A stretch of DNA of 64,000 nt, from positions 431 through 64,430 of the forward strand of contig CAXAGT010000003.1 in the NCBI GenBank assembly GCA_963968885.1. Reading direction: 5' to 3'. Position numbers and translations under genes: made by a program. Shown here piece after piece: positions 37,540-46,070 of this stretch (positions are counted from its first letter, which is position 1; each line of letters opens with the position of its first letter). The stretch is from an uncultured Candidatus Poseidoniales archaeon (GTDB lineage Archaea; Thermoplasmatota; Poseidoniia; Poseidoniales; Poseidoniaceae). The notes under the pieces were generated by a model. That model was not told the origin of the DNA and made no database searches. It saw only the letters and a list, made by a program, of their open reading frames with translations.

Positions 37540-38804
37540 GTAAGTTATTGACTCTATGGACTTATTTCAAGACCCCTAAGAAGATAAAATCTAGAGATAA
37601 GCTGCTCAAAAAACAAGAGAAGTCAATGCTCAAGCATGTAAAAAAAATAAGAAGAAATTCAAAATTCTTCCAAGAACACTGGAAAGACTATTCAGATGAT
37701 GATTGGAGAGAATTTCCTATCCTAGATAAGGCAACAATGATGTCAAATCTTCAAGATTATTTGACAGTTGATCTCGATGTTGAATACGCAAAGAATCTGG
37801 CTCTGTCTGCGGAAAAGTCGAGGGATTTCACCGAAAAAATCGATGGTTATTCAGTTGGTTTTTCATCAGGTACAAGCGGAGCAAGAGGAATGCATATCGT
37901 TTCAAAGGCTGAACAGGATAGATGGTCTGGATATATGATGGCAAGGGGTTTAGGGGGTTCTATTTTCTCTAAACATAACATTGGTCTATTTTTGAGAGCT
38001 AATTCGAATACATACGAAAATGTCGGTTCTAGGAATATCAAATTCCACTTTTTTGATCTGATGAAACCTATGGATGAGTTGGTTGAGAAGTTGCGTGAAA
38101 CTAATTTAGACATCTTAATTGCTCCACCTAGCGTGCTTAGATATCTTGCTGACAATAATGTCAATTTGAAATTACGTAGGATCGTATCCTCTGCAGAAGT
38201 TCTTACTCAAGTTGATAAAAAAGTAATAGAGGAGCATTTCAAACAAATTGTTCATCAATTCTATTCATCGACTGAGGGTGAAATTGCTGCTACTTGTGAA
38301 TTGGGTAATTTACATCTAAATGAAGAGATAATGGTCATCCAGAAAGAGTGGGTGGATGAAGACAGAGGGATATTCCGTCCAATAATCAGTGATTTTGTCA
38401 GAATTACTCAGCCAATTATACGTTACAGACAAAATGATTTGCTGGTCCTTGGAAAAGGTCTTTGCCCATGCGGTGATGCTAGGGAGTACATCACTGAGGT
38501 AATTGGTAGACAAGACGACATATTCCTTTTGCAGAATAAGACTGGAGAAATTGAGCATGTAGTTCCTGATTTAATTCGTAGAGCAACTCTGCAAATGTCA
38601 AACAAGATTGAATCATATTTTGTCGAACAAATTAGTGAGAATGAAATTAATGTAATGATTCAGCCAAAAATTGAGGATCTTGACATGTCCGGATTCAATC
38701 AACTATGGGCTTCGAAGAGTTTGATTCCGCCAAAACTGAATTTCCTTGAGTATGAATATCAGCCATCAGCAACAAAGATGCGCAGGATAAGAAGGAGGTT
38801 CTAG
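37536..38804 (+). CDS. adenylate-forming enzyme, PaaK / coenzyme F390 synthetase-like
   Basis: GFSSGTSGARG (SSGTTG-type motif), YSSTEGEIA and YRQNDLL. ATGA overlap with the SDR stop, with GGAGG 7 nt upstream. Confidence 0.65.
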   Translation: MSKLLTLWTYFKTPKKIKSRDKLLKKQEKSMLKHVKKIRRNSKFFQEHWKDYSDDDWREFPILDKATMMSNLQDYLTVDLDVEYAKNLALSAEKSRDFTEKIDGYSVGFSSGTSGARGMHIVSKAEQDRWSGYMMARGLGGSIFSKHNIGLFLRANSNTYENVGSRNIKFHFFDLMKPMDELVEKLRETNLDILIAPPSVLRYLADNNVNLKLRRIVSSAEVLTQVDKKVIEEHFKQIVHQFYSSTEGEIAATCELGNLHLNEEIMVIQKEWVDEDRGIFRPIISDFVRITQPIIRYRQNDLLVLGKGLCPCGDAREYITEVIGRQDDIFLLQNKTGEIEHVVPDLIRRATLQMSNKIESYFVEQISENEINVMIQPKIEDLDMSGFNQLWASKSLIPPKLNFLEYEYQPSATKMRRIRRRF

Positions 38805-38806
38805 AC

Positions 38807-39577
38807 TTGGAATTGCCTCTATTCATTGTTCTTTTTTCAGCGATAGTCATAATTTTTGTTTGGTTGATGCAAATATTTAGGAAGACAGCATTTACCTTTG
38901 TTTCAGTATTTTCAGTACTTATTTTTGTACTTGCAGATACAGATTCATTAAATCTATTTTTTATTGCTAAGGTTTTAAGTGTAATTTTTCCAATAATACT
39001 TTTTTCATACCTGCAAGGATTCAAGCAAAAGGCTGATGGAAACCTGTTAATGATTGGAATTATGGAATTAGTGATCATTGTAAATATATTTGAAGCAGCA
39101 ATTTATTCTTTGTCTTACTCAGATATCCCAGTTTTCCTCATGGGCTTGTGTCTGATTATTTCTATGCCAAATTTTGAGATGAATGAAAATAATCTGCTTG
39201 GATTTAACGACCCGATTTGGTCTTTTGCTTACACAATTACATTGATTCTAGGTTTCATTAGATTTGATGGGCACACCGAGTATATCGTCCCAGGGATTCT
39301 TATCCTATCACTTGGAATTATTCTACCTGCTATTACCAAAAAATGGTTTCAATGGCTTAACTTCAGAGTGTACAGCCTTTACCTAATTCTTACGTTAGAC
39401 TTGATTTTCAGAGATGGAGATATTGGTTTGTATGAGTTCCTTATGCCTGGCTTAATCCAAAATACTGAATTAGACAACACAATCAATTTTATTGCCACCT
39501 CTTTGTGTACGGTGACTTGTATCGCATTATTATTTAGAAGAGCAAAGGTTAGTCAACCAATAGTATTGGATGATTAA
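38807..39577 (+). CDS. hypothetical polytopic membrane protein
   Basis: About 8 hydrophobic helices. TTG start 2 nt after the upstream stop, with AAGGAGG 8 nt upstream. Confidence 0.45.
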   Translation: MELPLFIVLFSAIVIIFVWLMQIFRKTAFTFVSVFSVLIFVLADTDSLNLFFIAKVLSVIFPIILFSYLQGFKQKADGNLLMIGIMELVIIVNIFEAAIYSLSYSDIPVFLMGLCLIISMPNFEMNENNLLGFNDPIWSFAYTITLILGFIRFDGHTEYIVPGILILSLGIILPAITKKWFQWLNFRVYSLYLILTLDLIFRDGDIGLYEFLMPGLIQNTELDNTINFIATSLCTVTCIALLFRRAKVSQPIVLDD

Positions 39578-39579
39578 TT

Positions 39580-39655
39580 TGGTAGCCCGACTCGGATTCG
39601 AACCGAGGTCGGCGGGACCAAAACCCACCATGATGGACCCCTACACTATCGGGCT
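39580..39655 (-). tRNA. tRNA-Gln (anticodon UUG), CCA encoded
   Basis: The reverse complement folds by hand as a cloverleaf. Acceptor stem AGCCCGA/TCGGGCT, anticodon stem GTGGG/CCCGC with loop TTTTGGT, T arm CTCGG-TTCGAAT-CCGAG, discriminator A, then CCA. Confidence 0.9.
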
Positions 39656-39700
39656 GTGTATCCTCGGGGTAGTCCAGCCCTTTTTGAGGTATTCTATTTC

Positions 39701-40201
39701 TTAGTTAGCAAATTTTAGAATAAGGTCTAAGTCTTCTTCTTCTAAGTACTTCTTCGCAGATTGAATAAATGTTTCACTATCCATTGATAGTTGCTTTTTG
39801 TAAATCATTGCTTGAACTGACATGTCCAATTTATCCATCCTCTTGACAAACTTTGCTTCATCTGAGGTTTGGTTTTCGTACTCCTCCCACAAATCTAGAA
39901 ATTCAGGTGCAATTTTTGCCATAGCTTCAGATTCCATCTTTTTCTTATCTGCTTTTGATACTCCATCATAAGGAGTTATGTCACCAACAATGGACTCTGG
40001 TAAATCGTGAACTATACAAATCTGTAATACCCTAGATAAATCTAAATTTTCAGGACATAATTTCATCGCAAGCAAAGACATTCCCCAAGAGTGCGATGCA
40101 ACAGTCTCAGGATTCATTACTCCGTTTTGAATCCAACCAGTTCTTGGAAGATTTTTAAGCTCGAACCAAGAAAAGTACTGTTCAAGATTGTTATGACCCA
40201 T
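39701..40201 (-). CDS. HD-domain phosphohydrolase (YfbR-like 5'-deoxynucleotidase)
   Basis: HSWGMSLLA and VHDLPESIVGDITPYD. Start set at the internal Met. Confidence 0.75.
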   Translation of the reverse strand: MGHNNLEQYFSWFELKNLPRTGWIQNGVMNPETVASHSWGMSLLAMKLCPENLDLSRVLQICIVHDLPESIVGDITPYDGVSKADKKKMESEAMAKIAPEFLDLWEEYENQTSDEAKFVKRMDKLDMSVQAMIYKKQLSMDSETFIQSAKKYLEEEDLDLILKFAN

Positions 40202-40253
40202 GTTAGTTGGCAGCAAAACAATCTTATTGAAGCAATCGCTTCTTGTGACAACC

Positions 40254-40871
40254 ATGGCCTTTGAATCATCAAGAGAACCAGAGTGGTGGGATGAAGCCTG
40301 CTTACACCTGTCAAAGGACGAATATCTGGGTCAAAAGGTTGCTATTTTTGATGATGTGAAAATGACTAGCAATGGAAGGGTTTTCGAAACTATAATCCGC
40401 TCGATTATCGGACAACAAATTAGTGTTGTAGCAGCCGATAGCATATGGAATAGATTTACAAAATTAGTAGGTAATGTGGAACCAGAGGATATTCTGGGAC
40501 AATCATTTGAGAGTATTGCGGGATGCGGTATAACACGTTCTAAAACTAGTTACATTATCGGTTTAGCAGAGAATTCAGAAGAATTATTGTCCTTTGATTG
40601 GTCTGTTGATTCTGAACTTGTGATGAAACACTTGGTTAAGTTTAGAGGAATTGGACCCTGGACTGCCGAAATGGTGATGATGTTCTCACTACTCAAACCT
40701 GATTTGTTTAGTATTGGGGATATTGCATTGATTAGAAGTTGCAAAGAATTGAATCCAGCACTTGAAACCAAAGACGAGATTGTGGAATTTGCTAAGCGTT
40801 GGTCACCATACAGAACGGCTGCCTGTTGGTTTCTATGGCGCATGTGTGACCCTGAACCAGTTCAGTACTGA
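40254..40871 (+). CDS. HhH-GPD DNA glycosylase (AlkA-like 3-methyladenine glycosylase II)
   Basis: IIGQQISVVAA, the helix-hairpin-helix FRGIGPWTAEMVMMF, and the catalytic-Asp context SIGDIAL. Confidence 0.75.
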   Translation: MAFESSREPEWWDEACLHLSKDEYLGQKVAIFDDVKMTSNGRVFETIIRSIIGQQISVVAADSIWNRFTKLVGNVEPEDILGQSFESIAGCGITRSKTSYIIGLAENSEELLSFDWSVDSELVMKHLVKFRGIGPWTAEMVMMFSLLKPDLFSIGDIALIRSCKELNPALETKDEIVEFAKRWSPYRTAACWFLWRMCDPEPVQY

Positions 40872-40872
40872 T

Positions 40873-41646
40873 CTAATTTGAAGCACTTTTTTGATTTTTA
40901 ATTTTGATGAAAGCAACCTTTGGACTTATCAAAGTACCTTTATTTCTCCTGTCCGCATGCATTACTCGAACTGGAACTTGATGCTTTTGAGCATATTTTA
41001 CTGCCTTATGATCGAAAACTCTTGCTCCTGAAAGAGACCATTCTAGCATAGTTTTGTAATCTATTTGTTCTAATCTACTGGCACCTTGAACAGCCTTTGG
41101 GTCGGCAGTGTAAACACCATCTACGTCACCACATATTTCACAGATATCTGCGCTTAATGCAGATGCAATGGCAACTGCAGTTACATCTGAACCTCCTCTG
41201 CCTAATGTGGTTAATTCTCCACCTTTTGTTACTCCTTGAAATCCAGCAACTATTGGGATTTTATTTTCACCAAGAACTCTACTGATTTCTTTAGAGTGGA
41301 TGTCAATAATATTGGCGTTTCCGAATTTTTTATCTGTAATTATTCCTGCTTGCTTACCTGACATCGTTTGGCATGGTATACCTAGTGCTTCTAAAGCAAT
41401 CGCTAACCATGCACAAGATACATCTTCTCCGATTGAAATTAGCCTATCCATCGCTGATTTAGATGGGTTGTCACTTACCATCTTAGCCATCTCGATTAGG
41501 TGGTCTGTTCTGCCTTGCCTAGCCGAAACAACCAATACGAGTTTATCCCCTCGTTCTATGGTCTGTTTTGCTTGATTAGCAATGGAAATTATCTGGTCAC
41601 TTCGGGTCACTGAGGACCCACCATACTTTCTGACAATAAGAGCCAT
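40873..41646 (-). CDS. aspartate kinase catalytic domain without ACT regulatory domains
   Basis: IVRKYGGSSV N-terminus, TTLGRGGSDVTA, and DVDGVYTADP. The protein ends about 258 aa in, right after the kinase fold. Confidence 0.7.
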   Translation of the reverse strand: MALIVRKYGGSSVTRSDQIISIANQAKQTIERGDKLVLVVSARQGRTDHLIEMAKMVSDNPSKSAMDRLISIGEDVSCAWLAIALEALGIPCQTMSGKQAGIITDKKFGNANIIDIHSKEISRVLGENKIPIVAGFQGVTKGGELTTLGRGGSDVTAVAIASALSADICEICGDVDGVYTADPKAVQGASRLEQIDYKTMLEWSLSGARVFDHKAVKYAQKHQVPVRVMHADRRNKGTLISPKVAFIKIKNQKSASN

Positions 41647-41723
41647 AGAACGCACCAACGGATGTCGACAATACAATGGCGAGAACACATCAATTTTAAC
41701 ATTGTCAAATTTAGAAATACAAT

Positions 41724-42689
41724 GTGGAAGTCGGAATTGTAGGGGCAACCGGTCTTGTCGGGCGAACTTTATTGTCAATTATTGAATCCAAAGGATATAA
41801 TTTTCACAACTATCATTTGTTTGCTTCAGCAGCAAAATCCAAACCTATATCCTGCTTTAATCAAAACCTTTCAGTTTCAGAATATAGTTTTGATAAAGCA
41901 AAAAATATGGATGTGTTGTTCGCATGCGCAGGTTCTAGCTTTTCGGAACTTGAACTTCCAAAGCTTGCTCAATCTGGAGTTATTTGTATAGACAACAGCA
42001 GTTTCTGGCGCATGCATGATGAAGTACCTTTGATTGTACCCGAAATTAATGGATCACTGGCAAGAACATCAAATTTAATTTCAAATCCAAACTGTAGTAC
42101 TATTCAATTGGTTTTGGCTCTGAAACCTTTGATTGACCTCGATATCAATGAAGTCGTAGTTTCAACCTATCAAAGTGTATCTGGGGCAGGAAATGATGGT
42201 ATTAACTCATTGAAAGCGGAAATTAATGGCACGAATAAAGAATCTATATTTGAACGAAGAATTCATGCTAATCTGATTCCAAAAATAGATGTCTGGATGG
42301 ACTTAGATGAGACCAGAGAAGAGTGGAAAGTGAGAAATGAAAGCAAAAAAATTCTTTCTCAAGAAATACCGATATCATGCCATGCAGTTAGAGTCCCGGT
42401 TGAAACCTCTCACAGTGAAGCAGTTCGAATCCTATTTGATAACGATATAGACCTCGAAGAAATTAAATTACGTCTAAACGGGGCAGATGGTATCATTCTA
42501 ACAGATTCAAGAAATTGGGCTGATTGTTTAGATGCGGCTGGAAAAGAATCTGTATATGTAGGTCGTTTGAGAAAAGACCCCAGTAACAAAAAAGCAGTTT
42601 GGCTGTGGGTTGTAAGTGATAATCTTTACAAGGGTGCTGCACTAAATGCAGTCCAAATTGCAGAGCAACTTGATGGTTTTACTCAATAA
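41724..42689 (+). CDS. asd: aspartate-semialdehyde dehydrogenase
   Basis: VGIVGATGLVGR, active-site NPNCSTIQ, and SVSGAG. GTG start. Confidence 0.88.
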   Translation: MEVGIVGATGLVGRTLLSIIESKGYNFHNYHLFASAAKSKPISCFNQNLSVSEYSFDKAKNMDVLFACAGSSFSELELPKLAQSGVICIDNSSFWRMHDEVPLIVPEINGSLARTSNLISNPNCSTIQLVLALKPLIDLDINEVVVSTYQSVSGAGNDGINSLKAEINGTNKESIFERRIHANLIPKIDVWMDLDETREEWKVRNESKKILSQEIPISCHAVRVPVETSHSEAVRILFDNDIDLEEIKLRLNGADGIILTDSRNWADCLDAAGKESVYVGRLRKDPSNKKAVWLWVVSDNLYKGAALNAVQIAEQLDGFTQ

Positions 42690-43878
42690 TTGCGTTTTGA
42701 TTTTTAGCTAGATCTTTTGTGATGTTCTTTTCATGACTCTCGTTTGTCCCACCACCAATCTCTAGAAGTTTAGCATCTCTCCAAAGTCGCTCTACATTGT
42801 ATTCTCCAACGTAACCATATCCTCCTAATACCTGAATCGCAGAATCTGCGATTTCTTTTGCAGCGTTAGCAGCATACAACTTCACTCCATCAGAATCTAA
42901 TCTCTGTCCTGCTTTTCCAAGTTGCATATTATTTGCAGTATCATAGATGTATGCTCTCATAGATCTGTACTTAGCATATGATTGCCCAATGTGCCTTTGG
43001 ATTTGACCAAAATCTCTAATCATTTTTCCGAATGCCTCTCTTTCAGAAGCATATTTATTCATCTCAAATAAGCATCTTTTTCCAATTCCTAAAGCCATTG
43101 CAGCTAGCACTAACCTTTCAAATTCGAGATTGCTCATCATGTGAATAAGGGATTCTCCCTCGGATCCAACGAGGTTTTTTGCGGGTACGATGCAATCCTC
43201 AAATACTAATTCAGCAGTATTTGATGCACGCATTCCAGTTTTATCCTCTATTTTTTGACCTACAGAGTAGCCTTCTGTTCCTGCTTCAACAAGGAAAGTC
43301 GACATTCTAGTTCTACCCTTTTGGTCAGTACCTGTTTTTGCATAAACCCAAACTATGTCGGCAGGAGTTCCCGACTCGTCAAGGACGCCATTTGTGATCC
43401 ACATTTTTCTACCATTGATTTTCCATGTTCCATCATCTTGTTGAACCGCAGTAGTTGAAAGTCCTAATACATCTGTTCCTGCATCTGGCTCTGACATGGC
43501 CATGGCTCCAATCCATTCTCCAGAGCACACCTTTGGCAGTATTCTTGCTTTTTGCTCCTCGTTACCATTGAATGCAAGATTGTTTACGAAAAGCGCTGAA
43601 TGTGCTAGATAAGCTAGTGCAAATCCAGCATCTGAGAAGGCTAATTCTTCATGTACTATTGTAGAGGATGTAGCATCTAAACCAGCTCCTCCATATTCTT
43701 CTGGTGCAGTTAACCCAAGCAGACCCATTTCGCCCATTGATTTTAGCAATTCTAGATTAAAAATTTCCTTTTTATCATGCTCTAGGGCTTGAGGTTCTAC
43801 TTCCTCTTGGACCCATTGTCGAACCATTTCCCGTAGCATTAAGTGCTCTTCGCTTGGATTCGCAATGTCCATATTCAT
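42679..43878 (-). CDS. acyl-CoA dehydrogenase (isovaleryl/short-branched type)
   Basis: GMRASNTAELVFEDC and GGYGYVGEYNVERLWRDAKLLEIGGGTNE. Confidence 0.88.
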   Translation of the reverse strand: MNMDIANPSEEHLMLREMVRQWVQEEVEPQALEHDKKEIFNLELLKSMGEMGLLGLTAPEEYGGAGLDATSSTIVHEELAFSDAGFALAYLAHSALFVNNLAFNGNEEQKARILPKVCSGEWIGAMAMSEPDAGTDVLGLSTTAVQQDDGTWKINGRKMWITNGVLDESGTPADIVWVYAKTGTDQKGRTRMSTFLVEAGTEGYSVGQKIEDKTGMRASNTAELVFEDCIVPAKNLVGSEGESLIHMMSNLEFERLVLAAMALGIGKRCLFEMNKYASEREAFGKMIRDFGQIQRHIGQSYAKYRSMRAYIYDTANNMQLGKAGQRLDSDGVKLYAANAAKEIADSAIQVLGGYGYVGEYNVERLWRDAKLLEIGGGTNESHEKNITKDLAKNQNAIIE

Positions 43879-43945
43879 GGTTCTGCCTCATGTTATGGGG
43901 AGAACACCTTACTTTTGAATGAAACGAATGAAGTCTTATGCAGAA

Positions 43946-44362
43946 CTAGATGGTAAACAGTATATCTGTATCATTTTTCGCCTGGCTTCTATTAGAGACT
44001 TGCCTTTTGTTACCAGTTTTGGTAATAATTTTCTTTTTACCTCGAGGTGAAATTGGTATTTTTTTAGCCTTGACCTTCTTGACTTTCCTAGTTCTAATTT
44101 TGGGTTTTGATGTAAAATCAATTGATTTTACTTGCTCGGGTTTTCTTATTCCAGCGTTTTGGAGAACCTTCCTCACTGGGTCATTTACTGAACCGGAGAC
44201 TCTTACATCTTCTACGATTCTTTGGGCTAGATTGTTGAATGAATTATCACTAATATTCCTTGGAGGTTTTCTAACCTCTAGTAACAACTCTTCATTGAGT
44301 TGTTCTTGCATTATCGATCTCAAAATAGCAGTAGTCATTGCATCTTGCTTACGCTGAACCAT
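43946..44362 (-). CDS. hypothetical protein with a strongly basic C-terminal half
   Basis: 138 aa with a K/R-rich tail (KPKIRTRKVKKVKAKKIPISPRGKKKIITKTGNKRQ). Preferred over the F/L-rich antisense ORF. Confidence 0.35.
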   Translation of the reverse strand: MVQRKQDAMTTAILRSIMQEQLNEELLLEVRKPPRNISDNSFNNLAQRIVEDVRVSGSVNDPVRKVLQNAGIRKPEQVKSIDFTSKPKIRTRKVKKVKAKKIPISPRGKKKIITKTGNKRQVSNRSQAKNDTDILFTI

Positions 44363-44461
44363 CCCATCCCATCCAGTAAGAAATTTGTCTCAGATGATAT
44401 GAAGTTAATCCTAACTGAACCGGAATTTCTGCTTAAATTAAGGGTATTAGTTAGCAACCGT

Positions 44462-45514
44462 TCACAACTTTAAATCGGGAATATCAGGTGCTCTAAAAGG
44501 AGTCACTCCTCTTTTTCTTGTTGCGGTTTTGTACATGTCAGGAATAAATCTCTTGAATATAAAATTGAAAACTACTTTCACTGATTTTATTGGTTTTCTT
44601 ATCCCTTTAAATGGGTTTCCAAGTCCCTTAATGGGCATCAAAAATTGCTGAACTATGTTATCTGGAACTTCTTGATCAATGCCGTATGTATGAGGTCTCT
44701 CTTTAGGCATGTAATATGTCCCAAAGATGATGTCCCAAATCGGCAAGAAAGTAGAATAATTAGTCCAGATTGCTTCTCTGTGATTTGAATGATGCCAGTG
44801 GTGGAAATCTGGAGTCATAATTATTGGATGTAATATTCTCAATCGGATGTTGACATTTGCGTGCAGGAATAATCCTAGAATAACTTGAACCACCACTATT
44901 GCTCCAGTCAAAGTTGGGTCAAAACCAGCTGCAACTAGGAAGAAAAAGGCTGGAGCAATCAGTGAACCATCAAAGGGATGGGCTCTGAATCCGCTAACCC
45001 AATCAAGATGCTCTGTTGAATGGTGAATTGCATGAAATGGCCACAAATATTCAATTTCATGATAAAATCTGTGAGTCCAATAAACTAGGAAATCAAATAG
45101 AAGGACACTAGTCCACAACATCTGAGTTGGATATTTTTCAATTAACTGAGTGATATATGGGTTGATTAGTAATCCTGGTATCCATGCTAAACTCAAAATT
45201 CCTATTGCGATTGTGAATGCACCACCAATGGCTGCCATTGCTGGAGCAGCTAATGCGTAATTTATGTCTAAACGCCAGTGTTTTCTCCTAACAGGTTGTC
45301 CTTTGTGCCTAGGAAATATTTTTTCCAAAGGTACTACTAGGATAAATAGAACAATCAAACTGGTTAGAGGACCAAATGACTCCATCATAAAGGATAAACC
45401 AATCAGTGATACAGCGATGATTCTAACAAACCACTTCAGCAACCAATGCATTGATTTAGTTTCAATATCATCCTTTTCCCTCAAAGGAGATACAGTGCCA
45501 ATTAGTTCTTCCAT
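44462..45514 (-). CDS. fatty acid hydroxylase / sterol desaturase superfamily membrane di-iron enzyme
   Basis: Histidine boxes HRFYHE, HAIHHS and HHWHH, with 4-5 TM helices. Confidence 0.75.
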   Translation of the reverse strand: MEELIGTVSPLREKDDIETKSMHWLLKWFVRIIAVSLIGLSFMMESFGPLTSLIVLFILVVPLEKIFPRHKGQPVRRKHWRLDINYALAAPAMAAIGGAFTIAIGILSLAWIPGLLINPYITQLIEKYPTQMLWTSVLLFDFLVYWTHRFYHEIEYLWPFHAIHHSTEHLDWVSGFRAHPFDGSLIAPAFFFLVAAGFDPTLTGAIVVVQVILGLFLHANVNIRLRILHPIIMTPDFHHWHHSNHREAIWTNYSTFLPIWDIIFGTYYMPKERPHTYGIDQEVPDNIVQQFLMPIKGLGNPFKGIRKPIKSVKVVFNFIFKRFIPDMYKTATRKRGVTPFRAPDIPDLKL

Positions 45515-45515
45515 T

Positions 45516-46016
45516 CTAAATTCCTACCAAATCATCCCACATTTTTGAAATAAGTTCCTGATCTGTTTGCTGGCCAACAGTTTCGTTCTGTATGATGCCG
45601 TTTGAATCTACGAAGAATACCCTAGGTATTCCTGTGACTTCGAGCTCTTCTGCAAGTTCAGGTGCATGAATAAAGTCAACATTTAGTTCTCGACCTATAT
45701 TTTCCTCTGATTTTTCCTTCCACTCTGACATATTGGAATATTGTTCCCTAGCATCTTTATTGAAGGCAAATAGAGAGCCTTCAGGTATTGTTCCCTCAAA
45801 GGCATCAAGAGTTGTTTCGCAATGAGTGCACCAAGAGGTTGAAACATACAAAATCCAAGGCTCTCCAATCTTTTGTTCAAGATTATGCTCTTCTCCATCT
45901 TGATCATATGCTGAAAATTGCGGTACAGCATTTTCATCTAGTTCTTCAAAACTCCCTTCGAAGGTACAGCCGGAAAGGAGAATAAATGGAATCAGAAGAC
46001 AAAGGATCCTTTGCAT
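45516..46016 (-). CDS. thioredoxin-fold (TlpA/ResA-like) lipoprotein
   Basis: Lipobox-like LLSGC after a signal peptide. Redox motif WCTHC. Confidence 0.65.
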   Translation of the reverse strand: MQRILCLLIPFILLSGCTFEGSFEELDENAVPQFSAYDQDGEEHNLEQKIGEPWILYVSTSWCTHCETTLDAFEGTIPEGSLFAFNKDAREQYSNMSEWKEKSEENIGRELNVDFIHAPELAEELEVTGIPRVFFVDSNGIIQNETVGQQTDQELISKMWDDLVGI

Positions 46017-46070
46017 AGTATGATGGATGCATTTTGAATTATATCTTTTTCTTACAGATGTCTAAATTAA

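Noticed and set aside
30899-39655. Calling the AT-rich cluster a mobile element or integrated genomic island
   Set aside because: No integrase, transposase or recognisable att-type repeat of the tRNA 3' end was seen. Only compositional bias and tRNA adjacency support the call, so it is reported as a hypothesis and not as a mobile_element feature.
43950-44357. 135-aa plus-strand F/L-rich ORF that looks like a membrane protein
   Set aside because: Its hydrophobicity is what is expected from reading AAA/AAG-rich Lys codons on the opposite strand. The minus-strand ORF is preferred, but only weakly.
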